Positions 8,827 through 18,228 of a stretch of 64,000 nt of DNA are shown piece by piece. The translations under genes were made by a program, and so were the position numbers. Numbering within the stretch: position 1 is the stretch's first letter; the number at the start of each line of letters is the position of its first letter. A model generated the notes under the pieces. That model saw nothing but the letters and a program-made list of their open reading frames with translations, had not been told where the DNA came from and did no database searches. Source of the DNA: an uncultured Planctomycetales bacterium (lineage in GTDB: Bacteria > Planctomycetota > Phycisphaerae > UBA1845 > PWPN01); assembly GCA_964653435.1 (NCBI GenBank), contig CAZZFA010000003.1:9521-73520 (forward strand), written 5' to 3'.

Positions 8827-9501
8827 ATGGAACCAGCCCGGAATCCGCGCCGCCACCGCACCCGCACCGCACTGATGGTATTGACGGCCTTCGTGGCGGC
8901 GGCGGTGGTCGTTGTGCTCCTGAGTCGGGAGCGACTGTTTCCGAAACGGTTTGCCGTCGTCGAGCCGGGTCAGCTTTACCGCGGGGGGTACACGGAGCCC
9001 TGGCCGCTGAAGCGGCTGATCGAGGGGTACGGGGTGCGGCATATTCTCTGCCTGATGAACTTTGCCCCCGGCGACCCCCGTGAGTCCAGGGAACTGAAGG
9101 TTGCTTCGGAGACGGGCGTTACGCTCAAGGAGATCCCCATGCCCGGCAACGGCTGCGCCGACTTCGCCAGCCTGGATGCGGCGGCCGACTACATCGCCGA
9201 CCCGGCGCACCGGCCGCTGTTCGTCCACTGCGCCGCGGGGGTGCAGCGAACCGGTGCGGCCATTGCCGCCTATCGCATGAAGCACTGCGGCTGGACCTAC
9301 GATCGCGCCATTGCCGAGGCGGAGCACTACGGCCTCAGTCGCCGCGACAATGCGGAGCTGTATGAACATCTGCGGGGTTACTACGAGTCGCTTACGGGTG
9401 TGGCGACGCGGCCCGCAACGGCTGCAACCGGACGTCCTTCCGCGTCCGCTGCGTACCGGTCGGACCCCGCATTGACGCCGGCGACCGCTCCGGCTCACTG
9501 A
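8827..9501 (+). CDS. Membrane-anchored protein-tyrosine/dual-specificity phosphatase-like protein
   Basis: N-terminal TM segment LMVLTAFVAAAVVVVLL, then the CX5R active-site loop VHCAAGVQRTG. The start is ATG 8827 or the ORF-track start 8791. Confidence 0.75.
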   Translation: MEPARNPRRHRTRTALMVLTAFVAAAVVVVLLSRERLFPKRFAVVEPGQLYRGGYTEPWPLKRLIEGYGVRHILCLMNFAPGDPRESRELKVASETGVTLKEIPMPGNGCADFASLDAAADYIADPAHRPLFVHCAAGVQRTGAAIAAYRMKHCGWTYDRAIAEAEHYGLSRRDNAELYEHLRGYYESLTGVATRPATAATGRPSASAAYRSDPALTPATAPAH

Positions 9502-9672
9502 AGATCCGCAGCAGCCCGATGAGCGGCCGTTCATTCGCCGCCGGGCATATCGCCGTCGCAGGGGCTTGGCGCGGCGGCGTCATGCCGCGCGATCATCGGG
9601 TTGGCGAATCCCGGGATTTCGTGTGGCCGGCAGGTTTGCGGCGAAGGACGCATCACGGCCGGCGGCCCGGCG

Positions 9673-10065
9673 CTATCCGCCGAAAAGCCGGCGGCGGATA
9701 TACTGCAGGCGGGAGGCGCCCTCGCCTCTGCTGTCGCGAAGCCACACCGCCATCGCGCGGTCAAAGCAGTTCGCGCTCAACAGCACCACCGCCGGTTCCT
9801 TCATGCGGGCTTGCCGCGTCATTCGGATCAGCAGCAGGCGATCCCACCAGCCCAGCGAGGCGGCGCGTCCCAGTTGCCACAGCAGCCGGACGGGCTGACG
9901 GGCCCGGTCGCCTTGCGCTCTCTGCTGGAGGCGATACAGGATCGCGAGCACGAGGGGAATCGCCGCGAACAGCATCAGCACCTTGAGGAGCGTTCCCCCC
10001 GCGCCGGGGTTGTCCTGGAAAAGCTGATGGACGGCCCTGGCACGCTCTTCCGGCGTGAGGTCCAC
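9673..10065 (-). CDS. Hypothetical small membrane protein
   Basis: High third-position G+C, one hydrophobic segment (LKVLMLFAAIPLVLAILY), and a position 20 nt downstream of the HEAT-repeat gene stop. The start (GTG 10065) is tentative and no family was recognised. Confidence 0.4.
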   Translation of the reverse strand: MDLTPEERARAVHQLFQDNPGAGGTLLKVLMLFAAIPLVLAILYRLQQRAQGDRARQPVRLLWQLGRAASLGWWDRLLLIRMTRQARMKEPAVVLLSANCFDRAMAVWLRDSRGEGASRLQYIRRRLFGG

Positions 10066-10085
10066 GGGTGCCTGCAGCAGGAGAA

Positions 10086-12002
10086 TCAGCGGGCGGATCG
10101 CAGCACCTCCTCGTGCATGAGGTCCTCGTCGGCCGGCCCGGGCTCGGGGCCGAGCCCGTCGAGGACTTCGCGGGCGCGACGGCGGATCTGCGGGTCCGGG
10201 TCGCTCTGCGCGAGCTCGGCGATCCGGTGTATCAGCGGCGTCAGGCGCAACTGCCCCACGACCCACAGGCCGCTTCGCCGCTGTTCCACATCGGGGCTGC
10301 GGAGCATGGCGCACAGCGACTCGGCCGCCTCACGCACCCGGAGTTTGAGCAGTGCCTTGACGGCGTTGGCACGGGTTCGATTGTTCTCATCCTGAAGCTT
10401 CTCGTGGACGAGCGGCTCGTTCGCGGCCGCCGCGAACAGATTGAGCGATTCAATCGCGTTTGCCTGGACACGGCTGTCCGGATCGCGCAACGCACCGCGG
10501 AGCAGCAGTTCACTGGCGGGCGTCCGGATCTGCCCCAGCACCGTCATGGCGGCACTCCGCACGACGGGGTCGGCGTCGTGGGCCAGGGTGTACACCGTCT
10601 GCTCGAAGGCCGGTCCGCAACCCGCAACCGCAAGGATTCGCAGGGCCTTGATCCTCGCCGTGACGCTCTGGCTACAAAGCTTCGTCCGGGCGAACGCGTG
10701 GACGGTCTCCGGGCGGCTCAGAACCGCCAGACCCCGGTCGGCCTGCTCGCTCGGAGAAAGCGACTCGAACTCGGTCCAGTACCGTTCCATCTCCACGACG
10801 AACGGGTTGTCTTCGCAGAGCGGGCCCTTGGGCGGCTCGCTCGCCTCCAGCCGGGCGCGCCGCTTGAGTTCTCGCCGTGCGATGGCCGCGAGCTGGGGAT
10901 CGCTGCCCTCGACGACCGCTCGAAGCACCATCGACGACGCCGCGCAGCGGGTCTCGCACAAACCCCAGGTCGCGGCCCGCCGGCCGTCCGGTCCGCCGCG
11001 CAGAAGCAGCTTCCGAAACAGGCCGACCTTCGTCTCCGCCGGAAGGTTGGTCTGCGCCAGCAGCCGCACCGCGCCACACTGATCCTCCAAGGTCCACTTT
11101 TCCGCGCAGGCGAAGCTCTCCGTCAGGCGGGGCCATTGCTTTACCAGCCGAAGCGACCGGGACAGCGGCTCGGCCCGCAGCCGCCAGCTCTGGCGGATCC
11201 ATTCGGTGATGGTCGGCTCGGGCAGGTTCCCCGACAGCGCCCGTACGATGGTCGGGCGGAACTCATCGTAGGCCAGGGCCTCAATGGTGAACGGAACAAG
11301 GCGGGGTGTAAGTGTGCCCTGGATGATGTCCAGCGCGGCCCGGCGCGCGTGGCCGCCGGCCAGACGCAGGATAGACCAGAACCGCTCGCCCAGCTCATCG
11401 ACAAGCCACATCGCGGTCTCGACGACAGGGGGGTGGAGGTGCTTGTCGAAGGATTCCAGGGCGGCTCCGACGGCGTCGGCGAGTTCATGCCGGTCGAGCA
11501 GCTTTTCCCGCAGCGCCGCCTGCTTGCCGTGCAGGCATTGGGCATCCGGCGGCCCCTCGCCCCAGTCTTTCGTGAAGGCGGTCATTTCCGTGAGGAATCG
11601 GTCGACGAGCGACTGGAGCGCCGTGGCCGCGGCCTTTCGCACGCGGGGGGAGCGGTCGCGCAGAAGGCTGCTCAGCAGATACGCGAGGCGGTATCGCCGC
11701 GACTCGGTCACGATGGTCACCACGTTCAGCCGCGCCTGCACCTCGTCCATCGAGCAGCAGTCCCGCATGGCTCCGCAGAGGCGATCGACGCAGCCAAGCA
11801 CCACCTGTTGCTGCTCCTTGCTCATCCGGTGGTACCAGGCCACGAGCCCGGCCAGGCCGGCGGGCTGATTGCGCTCGAGGGCCGCCCGCATGATCGCGTC
11901 GATCGCTTCGGGTTCGGCCTCCGCCATCGCCGCAGCCAGCGCATCGTCCGCCGCGAGGTTCCTGGTTTGGATCAGCGCATCAAAAACGGCCTTCAATGGC
12001 AT
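10086..12002 (-). CDS. HEAT-repeat protein
   Basis: Repeated HEAT-like units: SPRVRKAAATALQSL, DPVVRSAAMTVLGQI, DPDSRVQANAIESL, NNRTRANAVKALLKL, DPDPQIRRRAREVL. Confidence 0.8.
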   Translation of the reverse strand: MPLKAVFDALIQTRNLAADDALAAAMAEAEPEAIDAIMRAALERNQPAGLAGLVAWYHRMSKEQQQVVLGCVDRLCGAMRDCCSMDEVQARLNVVTIVTESRRYRLAYLLSSLLRDRSPRVRKAAATALQSLVDRFLTEMTAFTKDWGEGPPDAQCLHGKQAALREKLLDRHELADAVGAALESFDKHLHPPVVETAMWLVDELGERFWSILRLAGGHARRAALDIIQGTLTPRLVPFTIEALAYDEFRPTIVRALSGNLPEPTITEWIRQSWRLRAEPLSRSLRLVKQWPRLTESFACAEKWTLEDQCGAVRLLAQTNLPAETKVGLFRKLLLRGGPDGRRAATWGLCETRCAASSMVLRAVVEGSDPQLAAIARRELKRRARLEASEPPKGPLCEDNPFVVEMERYWTEFESLSPSEQADRGLAVLSRPETVHAFARTKLCSQSVTARIKALRILAVAGCGPAFEQTVYTLAHDADPVVRSAAMTVLGQIRTPASELLLRGALRDPDSRVQANAIESLNLFAAAANEPLVHEKLQDENNRTRANAVKALLKLRVREAAESLCAMLRSPDVEQRRSGLWVVGQLRLTPLIHRIAELAQSDPDPQIRRRAREVLDGLGPEPGPADEDLMHEEVLRSAR

Positions 12003-12434
12003 AAAGCGCGCACGTCCTCCCGCTAATTATCGGCCTGGCGCCAAGCACTCGTGAATAACCTTTTTTATCGTCGGCAATCCGGTTGCCGCCCCCGCGGGAC
12101 GGTCTTGCGCACCGCGGGTGGGGGTGGCGGCGGACGCCGGCGACGTATCGAACCGGGACACGCTTTGCCGCCCCCGCGGAGCGGTAGTTTCGTTATGGCC
12201 GCCTCTTGGGGGGCTGGTCGGCCTCTGGAGAGCCCTCTCGCATGTGCGGGTGCCCCGTCGCGAACCCGGTTGCCAGGGTCGGGATGCGGGTGCGGCGGGT
12301 CGGAATGGGTTTGCGGAGCGGGGGTTGCGGTCCGCAGCCCAGACCATTCGGGGGCGGGTCTTGCCAACCCTCGGCAGCAACGCACGTTACGCGCCAGGCA
12401 CGTTGACAATCGGAGGTGGAAACCGTAGTCTCTT

Positions 12435-13112
12435 GTGGCCGCGATTCCACAAAGCAGCCTAACCTCGTTAGTTATAGCTGTGTCTATACCTGCGGAAGAG
12501 GATCGACGACCAGCGGACCGACCCGACGCCGGGCCCGAAGATGCCGAGCTTGTTCGGCGGGCACTCGGCGGCGAGGTGGCCGCTTTTGGTGCGCTTGTGG
12601 AGCGGTACCAGCGGCGGGCGGTGTCGGCGTCCTACCGTCTCGTCGGGAACATCCAGGATGCCTTGGAGGTCAGTCAAGACGCGTTCCTCCGGGCGTACCG
12701 GTCGCTGGGAAGCCTTAACGAGCCGGCGAGGTTCGGCCCGTGGTTGATGCGGATCGTCAGCAACCTGTCGTTGAACTTCCGGCGGTCGCGGCGGTCGGCA
12801 ATGCGGGTCAGCGGGCTGCCCCTCGACGACGTGTTATCCGACGAGGAGTCGGCGCCGGCAGCCCGCGAGGAGGCCATCGCCGGCGGGGAGTGGTCGGTCG
12901 ACGGGCTTGCTTCCGGCGAGGTCAGGAGTCGGATCGAGAAGGCGATCGCGGAACTGCCCGAGAAGCAACGGCTTGCCCTGATTCTTTTTGCCATCGAGGG
13001 CTGGCCGCAGCGGGATGTGGCGGAGATGCTGGGATGCAGCCTGGAGGCCGTGAAGTGGAACGTCTTTCAGGCTCGAAAGACGCTTAAGGAGAAGTTGGCG
13101 GCGTACCTGTGA
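12435..13112 (+). CDS. ECF-type RNA polymerase sigma factor
   Basis: Region 2 (FGALVERYQRRAVSASYRLVGNIQDALEVSQDAFLRAY) and region 4 (LPEKQRLALILFAIEGWPQRDVAEMLGCSLEAVKWNVFQARKTLKE). The start is uncertain; GTG 12480 is an alternative. Confidence 0.9.
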   Translation: MAAIPQSSLTSLVIAVSIPAEEDRRPADRPDAGPEDAELVRRALGGEVAAFGALVERYQRRAVSASYRLVGNIQDALEVSQDAFLRAYRSLGSLNEPARFGPWLMRIVSNLSLNFRRSRRSAMRVSGLPLDDVLSDEESAPAAREEAIAGGEWSVDGLASGEVRSRIEKAIAELPEKQRLALILFAIEGWPQRDVAEMLGCSLEAVKWNVFQARKTLKEKLAAYL

Positions 13113-13130
13113 GCCGAAAGCAGGCGGATC

Positions 13131-13739
13131 ATGAGCGAGCACTTCGATAACGAACTGGACCGGCTGCTGGCGGGCAGACTCGACGGAGATCTCAGCGCGT
13201 CCGAGGCGGCTCGGTTGGATGACCTGCTCGCCGCGAGCAAGCGGGCGAAGGACGAGGCCGCCCGACTGGAGCGCGTCGACCGCGTCGTTCGTGCCCTCGG
13301 TATCCGCGGTGCGCTGCCGGATGTGGACTGGTCGGCGTTTCATGCGGGGGTCATGGAGCAGCTCTCCCGGCAGGCGGAACGGCGATCGCGTCGCCTTGTC
13401 GTATACCGCATCTTCTCGATCGCCGCGCCCCTGGCGGCGGCCGCAGCCGTGCTCCTCGTTCTTTCGCTGCACTGGGCAAGGTCTCCGGGCGGAGGGCCGC
13501 CTGTGGCGCAGCAGCCGCCACCGGAGGTTGTGCAGGTTGTGTACTGCCGGCCGGCGGAACCCGTCCGGCCCGCTTCCGTCGCCGAGATCCAGGTGACGTA
13601 TGTCCGATCGGCCGAGCTCGAACGCAGCACCGCCGCCCGCGATGCCGCCGAGCAGGGGGCGCCGTCGCTGGCGGTTGCCAGCGGCAGCAAGGTGACGGCT
13701 CCCGCGCCCGCGATGAGCCTTGAGCCGTTTCCGCTCTGA
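13131..13739 (+). CDS. Putative anti-sigma factor (single-pass membrane protein)
   Basis: Starts 19 nt after the sigma gene. N-terminal cytoplasmic helix region, one TM (IFSIAAPLAAAAAVLLVLSL), and an extracytoplasmic tail. Assignment rests on position and topology only. Confidence 0.6.
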   Translation: MSEHFDNELDRLLAGRLDGDLSASEAARLDDLLAASKRAKDEAARLERVDRVVRALGIRGALPDVDWSAFHAGVMEQLSRQAERRSRRLVVYRIFSIAAPLAAAAAVLLVLSLHWARSPGGGPPVAQQPPPEVVQVVYCRPAEPVRPASVAEIQVTYVRSAELERSTAARDAAEQGAPSLAVASGSKVTAPAPAMSLEPFPL

Positions 13740-13824
13740 TGGATTGAACCACCGACCGGCCGTTTCCTGCCGTGTGGAGCGGTCGAGTCCTTGAACGAGG
13801 CCTGCGAAGGAGAACCCGTATCCC

Positions 13825-15027
13825 ATGAGCCGTGAGAACACCGCGAGCAAGGCCCCCCGCCGCACCGCGTGGAGAATCCCGGGAGCCTTGTGCATCCTTA
13901 CCCTGGTCCTTGCACCTCCGGCCGTTTCGGCACAGGTCGCAACCCCTCCGACCGCCACCGCTCCCGCCGCGAGCAACCTCGATGTGGCCGTCGAGCAGGC
14001 GCTGGACGAGAAGACCGACATTGATATCCGTGACGAGAACATCCTCGCCGCATTCGACGACCTCACCCGGCAGACGGGCGTGCGGCTCGTCATCGACGAA
14101 GGCACGTTGGATCGGCTGCCGTACGGCGAGCAGACCAAGCTTACCGCCCGGATCAAGGGGGCGACGCTTCGTGACGGGCTTACGGCCCTGCTGCGGCCGA
14201 TCGGGCTGGTGTTCGAGGTTCGCAACGGGGCCGTGTATGTGTCGGCCCAACCCGCGCTGCAGCGGATCGTCCGACGGGCGAGCTGGGACGAGCTGGACCT
14301 GCTCCGGCGGCTGAACGAAACCCCCTGGTCGGAGTCGCTGTGGAACGAGCTGCCGGTGCAGTTCCGGGACGCCGGCTCGGATGAGAAGGTGAGCAGGGAG
14401 ACCCTCGCGCGGCTCGCGAAGGCCGTGGGCGCGGGTTCGGCCGCCGAGGTGCTCGATCATGCCTGTGAGCAAGTGGGGTGGACGTGGTATCCGTCGGGGA
14501 AAAAGATCGTGGTTCTGAGCCGCACGAGCCAGACCAGACGCCAGCTCGATCGCCGGGTTTCGCTGCGGTTCTTCCGGACGCCGTTGAGCGATGTGCTGAT
14601 GGACCTCGGGCGCGAAGCCAACGTGCTCGTGAAGATCGATCCGGGCGTCCTCGCGTCGCTGCCGGCGCAGGTCGCTCAGAGCTTTTCGCTGACGGTTGAC
14701 AACACGAGCGTGCGACAGGCCCTCGAGGTGATTTCCGGGACGACGGGACTGGGCTTTTTCATCGAGAACGACGGGATCCGGGTTACGGCCAACCCGATTG
14801 CGGCCGAGTCGCCGGGCGCCGGCAGCACGGCGCAGGCGCCGTCGTCCAACCCGGTGGTTGGCATGGTTACGATCAAGGGGGAGAACGGCGCCCCGGATGT
14901 GAGCTTCTTCGTCCGGGAGAGCGACCTCGGGCCGGAGCTCAACGCCGCCCGCAAGGGGAAGGTGGAGGAGGCCGTCAACGCGATCCGCAAGGTCCTTCGC
15001 ACGGAGAAAGTTGCCGGCGCCAAGTAG
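13825..15027 (+). CDS. Secreted protein with two STN-like (secretin/TonB N-terminal short) domains
   Basis: Signal peptide ...LVLAPPAVSAQV. There is an internal duplication: IDIRDENILAAFDDLTRQTGVRLVIDEG...ATLRDGLTALLRPIGLVFEVRNGAVYVS versus LRFFRTPLSDVLMDLGREANVLVKIDPG...TSVRQALEVISGTTGLGFFIENDGIRVT. Confidence 0.7.
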   Translation: MSRENTASKAPRRTAWRIPGALCILTLVLAPPAVSAQVATPPTATAPAASNLDVAVEQALDEKTDIDIRDENILAAFDDLTRQTGVRLVIDEGTLDRLPYGEQTKLTARIKGATLRDGLTALLRPIGLVFEVRNGAVYVSAQPALQRIVRRASWDELDLLRRLNETPWSESLWNELPVQFRDAGSDEKVSRETLARLAKAVGAGSAAEVLDHACEQVGWTWYPSGKKIVVLSRTSQTRRQLDRRVSLRFFRTPLSDVLMDLGREANVLVKIDPGVLASLPAQVAQSFSLTVDNTSVRQALEVISGTTGLGFFIENDGIRVTANPIAAESPGAGSTAQAPSSNPVVGMVTIKGENGAPDVSFFVRESDLGPELNAARKGKVEEAVNAIRKVLRTEKVAGAK

Positions 15028-15730
15028 CCGACGGCCGGCACGGCCTCCCCGTTGCTTCTCTGCGTGTCGTCGCGTGACACCGGGACACGTGTTCATGCTT
15101 GCGGCACGCGGGATCGAGGGGCCGGTTTCGATACGCCGTCCCCGGCCATGCCCTTCCGGCTCGCCAGAAGGCTCCCGTTTTGAAAGCGGGCCATCCCGCT
15201 TCGCCGCCTTCGGCCGGGCCGGCCGCCGGCACGCCGGCGGGGCGGCGACTGCCGGAAACATCGGATCTTACCGACGGCGCTTCTCTGGTTTGAGACGGTG
15301 CTTTTCCCTTTCGGGCACTGGAGACCCGCGCGCCGAGGCGTTATAATGAGACGGGTGCGGGGGGAACCGGCAAGGGGCCAACGGGGGTCGCACGGCCTGA
15401 CGAAGGTCGTGGTCGTCGTCTCTGCCGGAACCCGAGGGTGCGCCGCATCGCTCGGGAGCGAGAGAGCCGCAAGGTTCGCCCCTGCGCTTGCGGCCTTGCC
15501 GTGTTGTGTTTCGTCGTCCGTCTTTCTTAACGGAAAAGGGTGCAGCCTTGAGTACGACGCAGGCCGATGCCGTGCGGTCCTCTGCACACGGGACACTGGC
15601 TTCGCCGCGCCTGCCCGGGGACGAAGCCGCCGGTGCGGGCGATCCTCTCGCGGTCGGCGTGGGCGTGCCCGCGCAGTCGGGTGACTGGGCGCGTCCGGCC
15701 GTAACGACTCGGAATGTTGCCCGCGTCCGC

Positions 15731-17362
15731 ATGCGGCGTGCGACGGTCGTCCTGGCCGTGGGCGCGGTGGTCGTCGCCGGCTATCTGGGTTTCAGCCGGT
15801 TGCGGGCCTCGGCTCCGACGGAGGATGTCCAGCTCTTCAAGGTGACGAAGCGGAGTTTTCCGATCATCCTTCAGGAGAAGGGCGAGCTGAAGGCGGCCAG
15901 CTCGATCGAGGTGAAGTGCGAGCTGGAGGGCCGCTCGACGATCATCCAACTGGTTCCCGAGGGCTCGCACGTGAAGAAGGGGGATCTGCTCGTCGAGCTG
16001 GCCAGCGATCAGATCGATGACAAGATCCGCGACGCGGAGATCGAGGTGACGCTGGCCCAGGCGGCGTACGATTCGGCGGTCAAGGAGCTCGAGATCCTCC
16101 GGGACGACAACGCCAGCAAGATCCGCAAGGCCGACCTGAAGCGGACGCTGGCGGAGCTGAAGGTCGAAGAGTACAAGCAGGGTCAGGCCGCGCAGCTCGA
16201 GCAGGACACCGAACTGGCGCTCAAGAAGGCCGAGTACCTGCTCCGGCAGGCCGTGGACAAGCTCAAGGACTCCGAGGAGCTCTACCAGCAGGAGTACATC
16301 ACGAAGCTCGACGTGGAGGCCGACCGTTTCGCGAAATACCAGGCGGAGATCGAGCTCAAGACGGCCCAGCTCAAGCGCAAGGTGGCCATGGAGTACACGA
16401 TCCCGATCGGACTCAAGCAGGTGCTGTCCGACCTTCAGGACGCCGAGAAGGACCTCGAGCGGGAGAAGAAGGCGGCAGTGGCGTCCGAGGCGAAGACGGT
16501 TGCCGACGTGGAGGCCAAGAAGGGCAAGCTGGAGCTGAACAAGGACAAGCTCGCGAAGCTGAAGGACCAGAAGCGCAAAGCGAAGATCTTCGCCGAGGCG
16601 GAGGGGATGGTGGTATACGGTGGCGCGGAAGACGATCATCACTGGGGCCGATCGGAGAACCAGATCGAACTGGGCGCCGAGGTCCGCGAGCAGCAGACGA
16701 TCCTTCAGTTGCCCGACACGTCTTCGATGAAGGTCAAGATCCGCGTGCACGAGGCCAAGACCGAGCGCCTGAAGGTCGGCCTGCCCGCGACGGTCGAGAT
16801 CGAGGGCTTCAGCGGTCAGGTTTTCACCGGCAGGGTGTCGAAGATCGCCGTTCTGGCCGACTCGTCCAACCGCTGGCTCAATCCGAACCTCAAGGAGTAC
16901 GAGACGGAGATCCTGCTCGACGGCAAGTTCACGCAGCTCAAACCGAATGTGACGGCCTACGTGCGGATTCTGGTTACGGAACTGAAGGATGTGCTGGCCG
17001 TGCCGGTCCAGGCCGTCTTCGGCAAGGGCGACTCCTATTACGTTTTCGTCGACGAGCGGGGCGAGGCCAGGCCCGTCAAGGTGAAGGTGGGCCTCTCGAG
17101 CAACGAGTACGCCGAGATCAAGGAAGGGCTGCAGGAGGGGCAGTTGGTCCGGATGGTGATCACCGACGAGATGAAACTGAAGCTTCCGGAAGAAAGCGGC
17201 GAGCCGAAGGAGGCGGTACATCCGATGCCGGCGCCGTCGGCGGAACCGTCGTCGCCGGGCGCGGAGCGTACCGCACGCCCGGAGGGGCGTTCGGGAGGGC
17301 GTTCGGCGCCGGGTCAGAAGCCCAGGCGCGATCGTGGTCTCACAACACGGCCGGGGGCCTGA
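15731..17362 (+). CDS. Efflux adaptor (HlyD/MacA-type membrane fusion protein)
   Basis: N-terminal TM (VVLAVGAVVVAGYLGF), a long coiled-coil hairpin, and C-terminal beta-barrel domains (GMVVYGG, FTGRVSKIAVLADS). Alternative upstream starts TTG 15548 and ORF-track 15488 are possible. Confidence 0.85.
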   Translation: MRRATVVLAVGAVVVAGYLGFSRLRASAPTEDVQLFKVTKRSFPIILQEKGELKAASSIEVKCELEGRSTIIQLVPEGSHVKKGDLLVELASDQIDDKIRDAEIEVTLAQAAYDSAVKELEILRDDNASKIRKADLKRTLAELKVEEYKQGQAAQLEQDTELALKKAEYLLRQAVDKLKDSEELYQQEYITKLDVEADRFAKYQAEIELKTAQLKRKVAMEYTIPIGLKQVLSDLQDAEKDLEREKKAAVASEAKTVADVEAKKGKLELNKDKLAKLKDQKRKAKIFAEAEGMVVYGGAEDDHHWGRSENQIELGAEVREQQTILQLPDTSSMKVKIRVHEAKTERLKVGLPATVEIEGFSGQVFTGRVSKIAVLADSSNRWLNPNLKEYETEILLDGKFTQLKPNVTAYVRILVTELKDVLAVPVQAVFGKGDSYYVFVDERGEARPVKVKVGLSSNEYAEIKEGLQEGQLVRMVITDEMKLKLPEESGEPKEAVHPMPAPSAEPSSPGAERTARPEGRSGGRSAPGQKPRRDRGLTTRPGA

Positions 17363-17445
17363 CGATGGCGACCCTCGGTATCCCTTCGAGCCAGGCTGCT
17401 CCCGGGCAGCATCCGGGCGCCTCCGCGGCGGGGCCGCGGCGCCCC

Positions 17446-18129
17446 ATGGCCCGTCTGATCCGCCTCGTGAAGATCTATGGCAAGCCGGGGACGAACATCG
17501 AGGTCGTCGCCGTGCGGGGGGTGACGCTCACCTTCCACGAGGGGGAGTATGTGGCGATCTGCGGGCACAGCGGCTCGGGCAAGAGCACGCTGCTGAATCT
17601 CCTCGGGTGCCTGGATCGGCCCACGTCCGGCCAGTATATCCTGGGCGACGACGACGTGTCGCAGTTGGACGACGACGCGCTGTCGGAGATCCGCAGCCAG
17701 CGTCTGGGCTTCGTCTTTCAGAACTTCAATCTGATCCCGCAGTTGACGGTATTGGAGAACCTGGAGGTTCCGCTGTTCTATCAGGGCATATTGCCGAAGG
17801 AGCGTCGGGAGCGGGCGCTGCAACTGCTCGACCGGGTGGGCCTGATCGAGAGGATTCACCACCGGCCGATGGAGTTGTCCGGCGGGCAGCAGCAGCGCGT
17901 GGCGATTGCCCGGGCGCTGATCAACGACCCGCTCCTGATCCTGGCGGACGAACCGACAGGGAACCTGGACACAGCGACGGGGGACGTGATCCTGGACCTG
18001 TTCGATCAGTTGCACGCGGAGGGCAAGACGATCCTGATGGTGACGCACGAGGAGAGCGTGGCGGCCCGGTGCAGGCGGATCGTGACGCTTCGCGACGGGC
18101 GGGTCGTCAGTGATGTCATGAACGGGTAA
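17446..18129 (+). CDS. ABC transporter ATP-binding protein (MacB/LolD type)
   Basis: Walker [11 protein letters not shown]-loop, signature [15 protein letters not shown], Walker [14 protein letters not shown]-loop VTHE. The start is ATG 17446 or ORF-track 17365. Confidence 0.9.
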   Translation: MARLIRLVKIYGKPGTNIEVVAVRGVTLTFHEGEYVAICGHSGSGKSTLLNLLGCLDRPTSGQYILGDDDVSQLDDDALSEIRSQRLGFVFQNFNLIPQLTVLENLEVPLFYQGILPKERRERALQLLDRVGLIERIHHRPMELSGGQQQRVAIARALINDPLLILADEPTGNLDTATGDVILDLFDQLHAEGKTILMVTHEESVAARCRRIVTLRDGRVVSDVMNG

Positions 18130-18228
18130 GTGTCGGCGGATCGCCGCCGGCGGGTTGCCGGCGACGAACCGATCGACGGATCGAGCGACCGGGCAACCGG
18201 GCGAGGGGCGGACGGAAGAGCGTCGCGT

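Noticed and set aside
15028-15730. A 700-nt gap upstream of the MacA-like gene, containing TATAAT at ~15343 and GC-rich stem-like segments. A riboswitch or leader was considered.
   Set aside because: I could not match it to any riboswitch consensus I know (c-di-GMP, cobalamin, guanidine, fluoride). Part of it may simply be an N-terminal extension of the adaptor gene (TTG 15548), which shows coding-like GC3.
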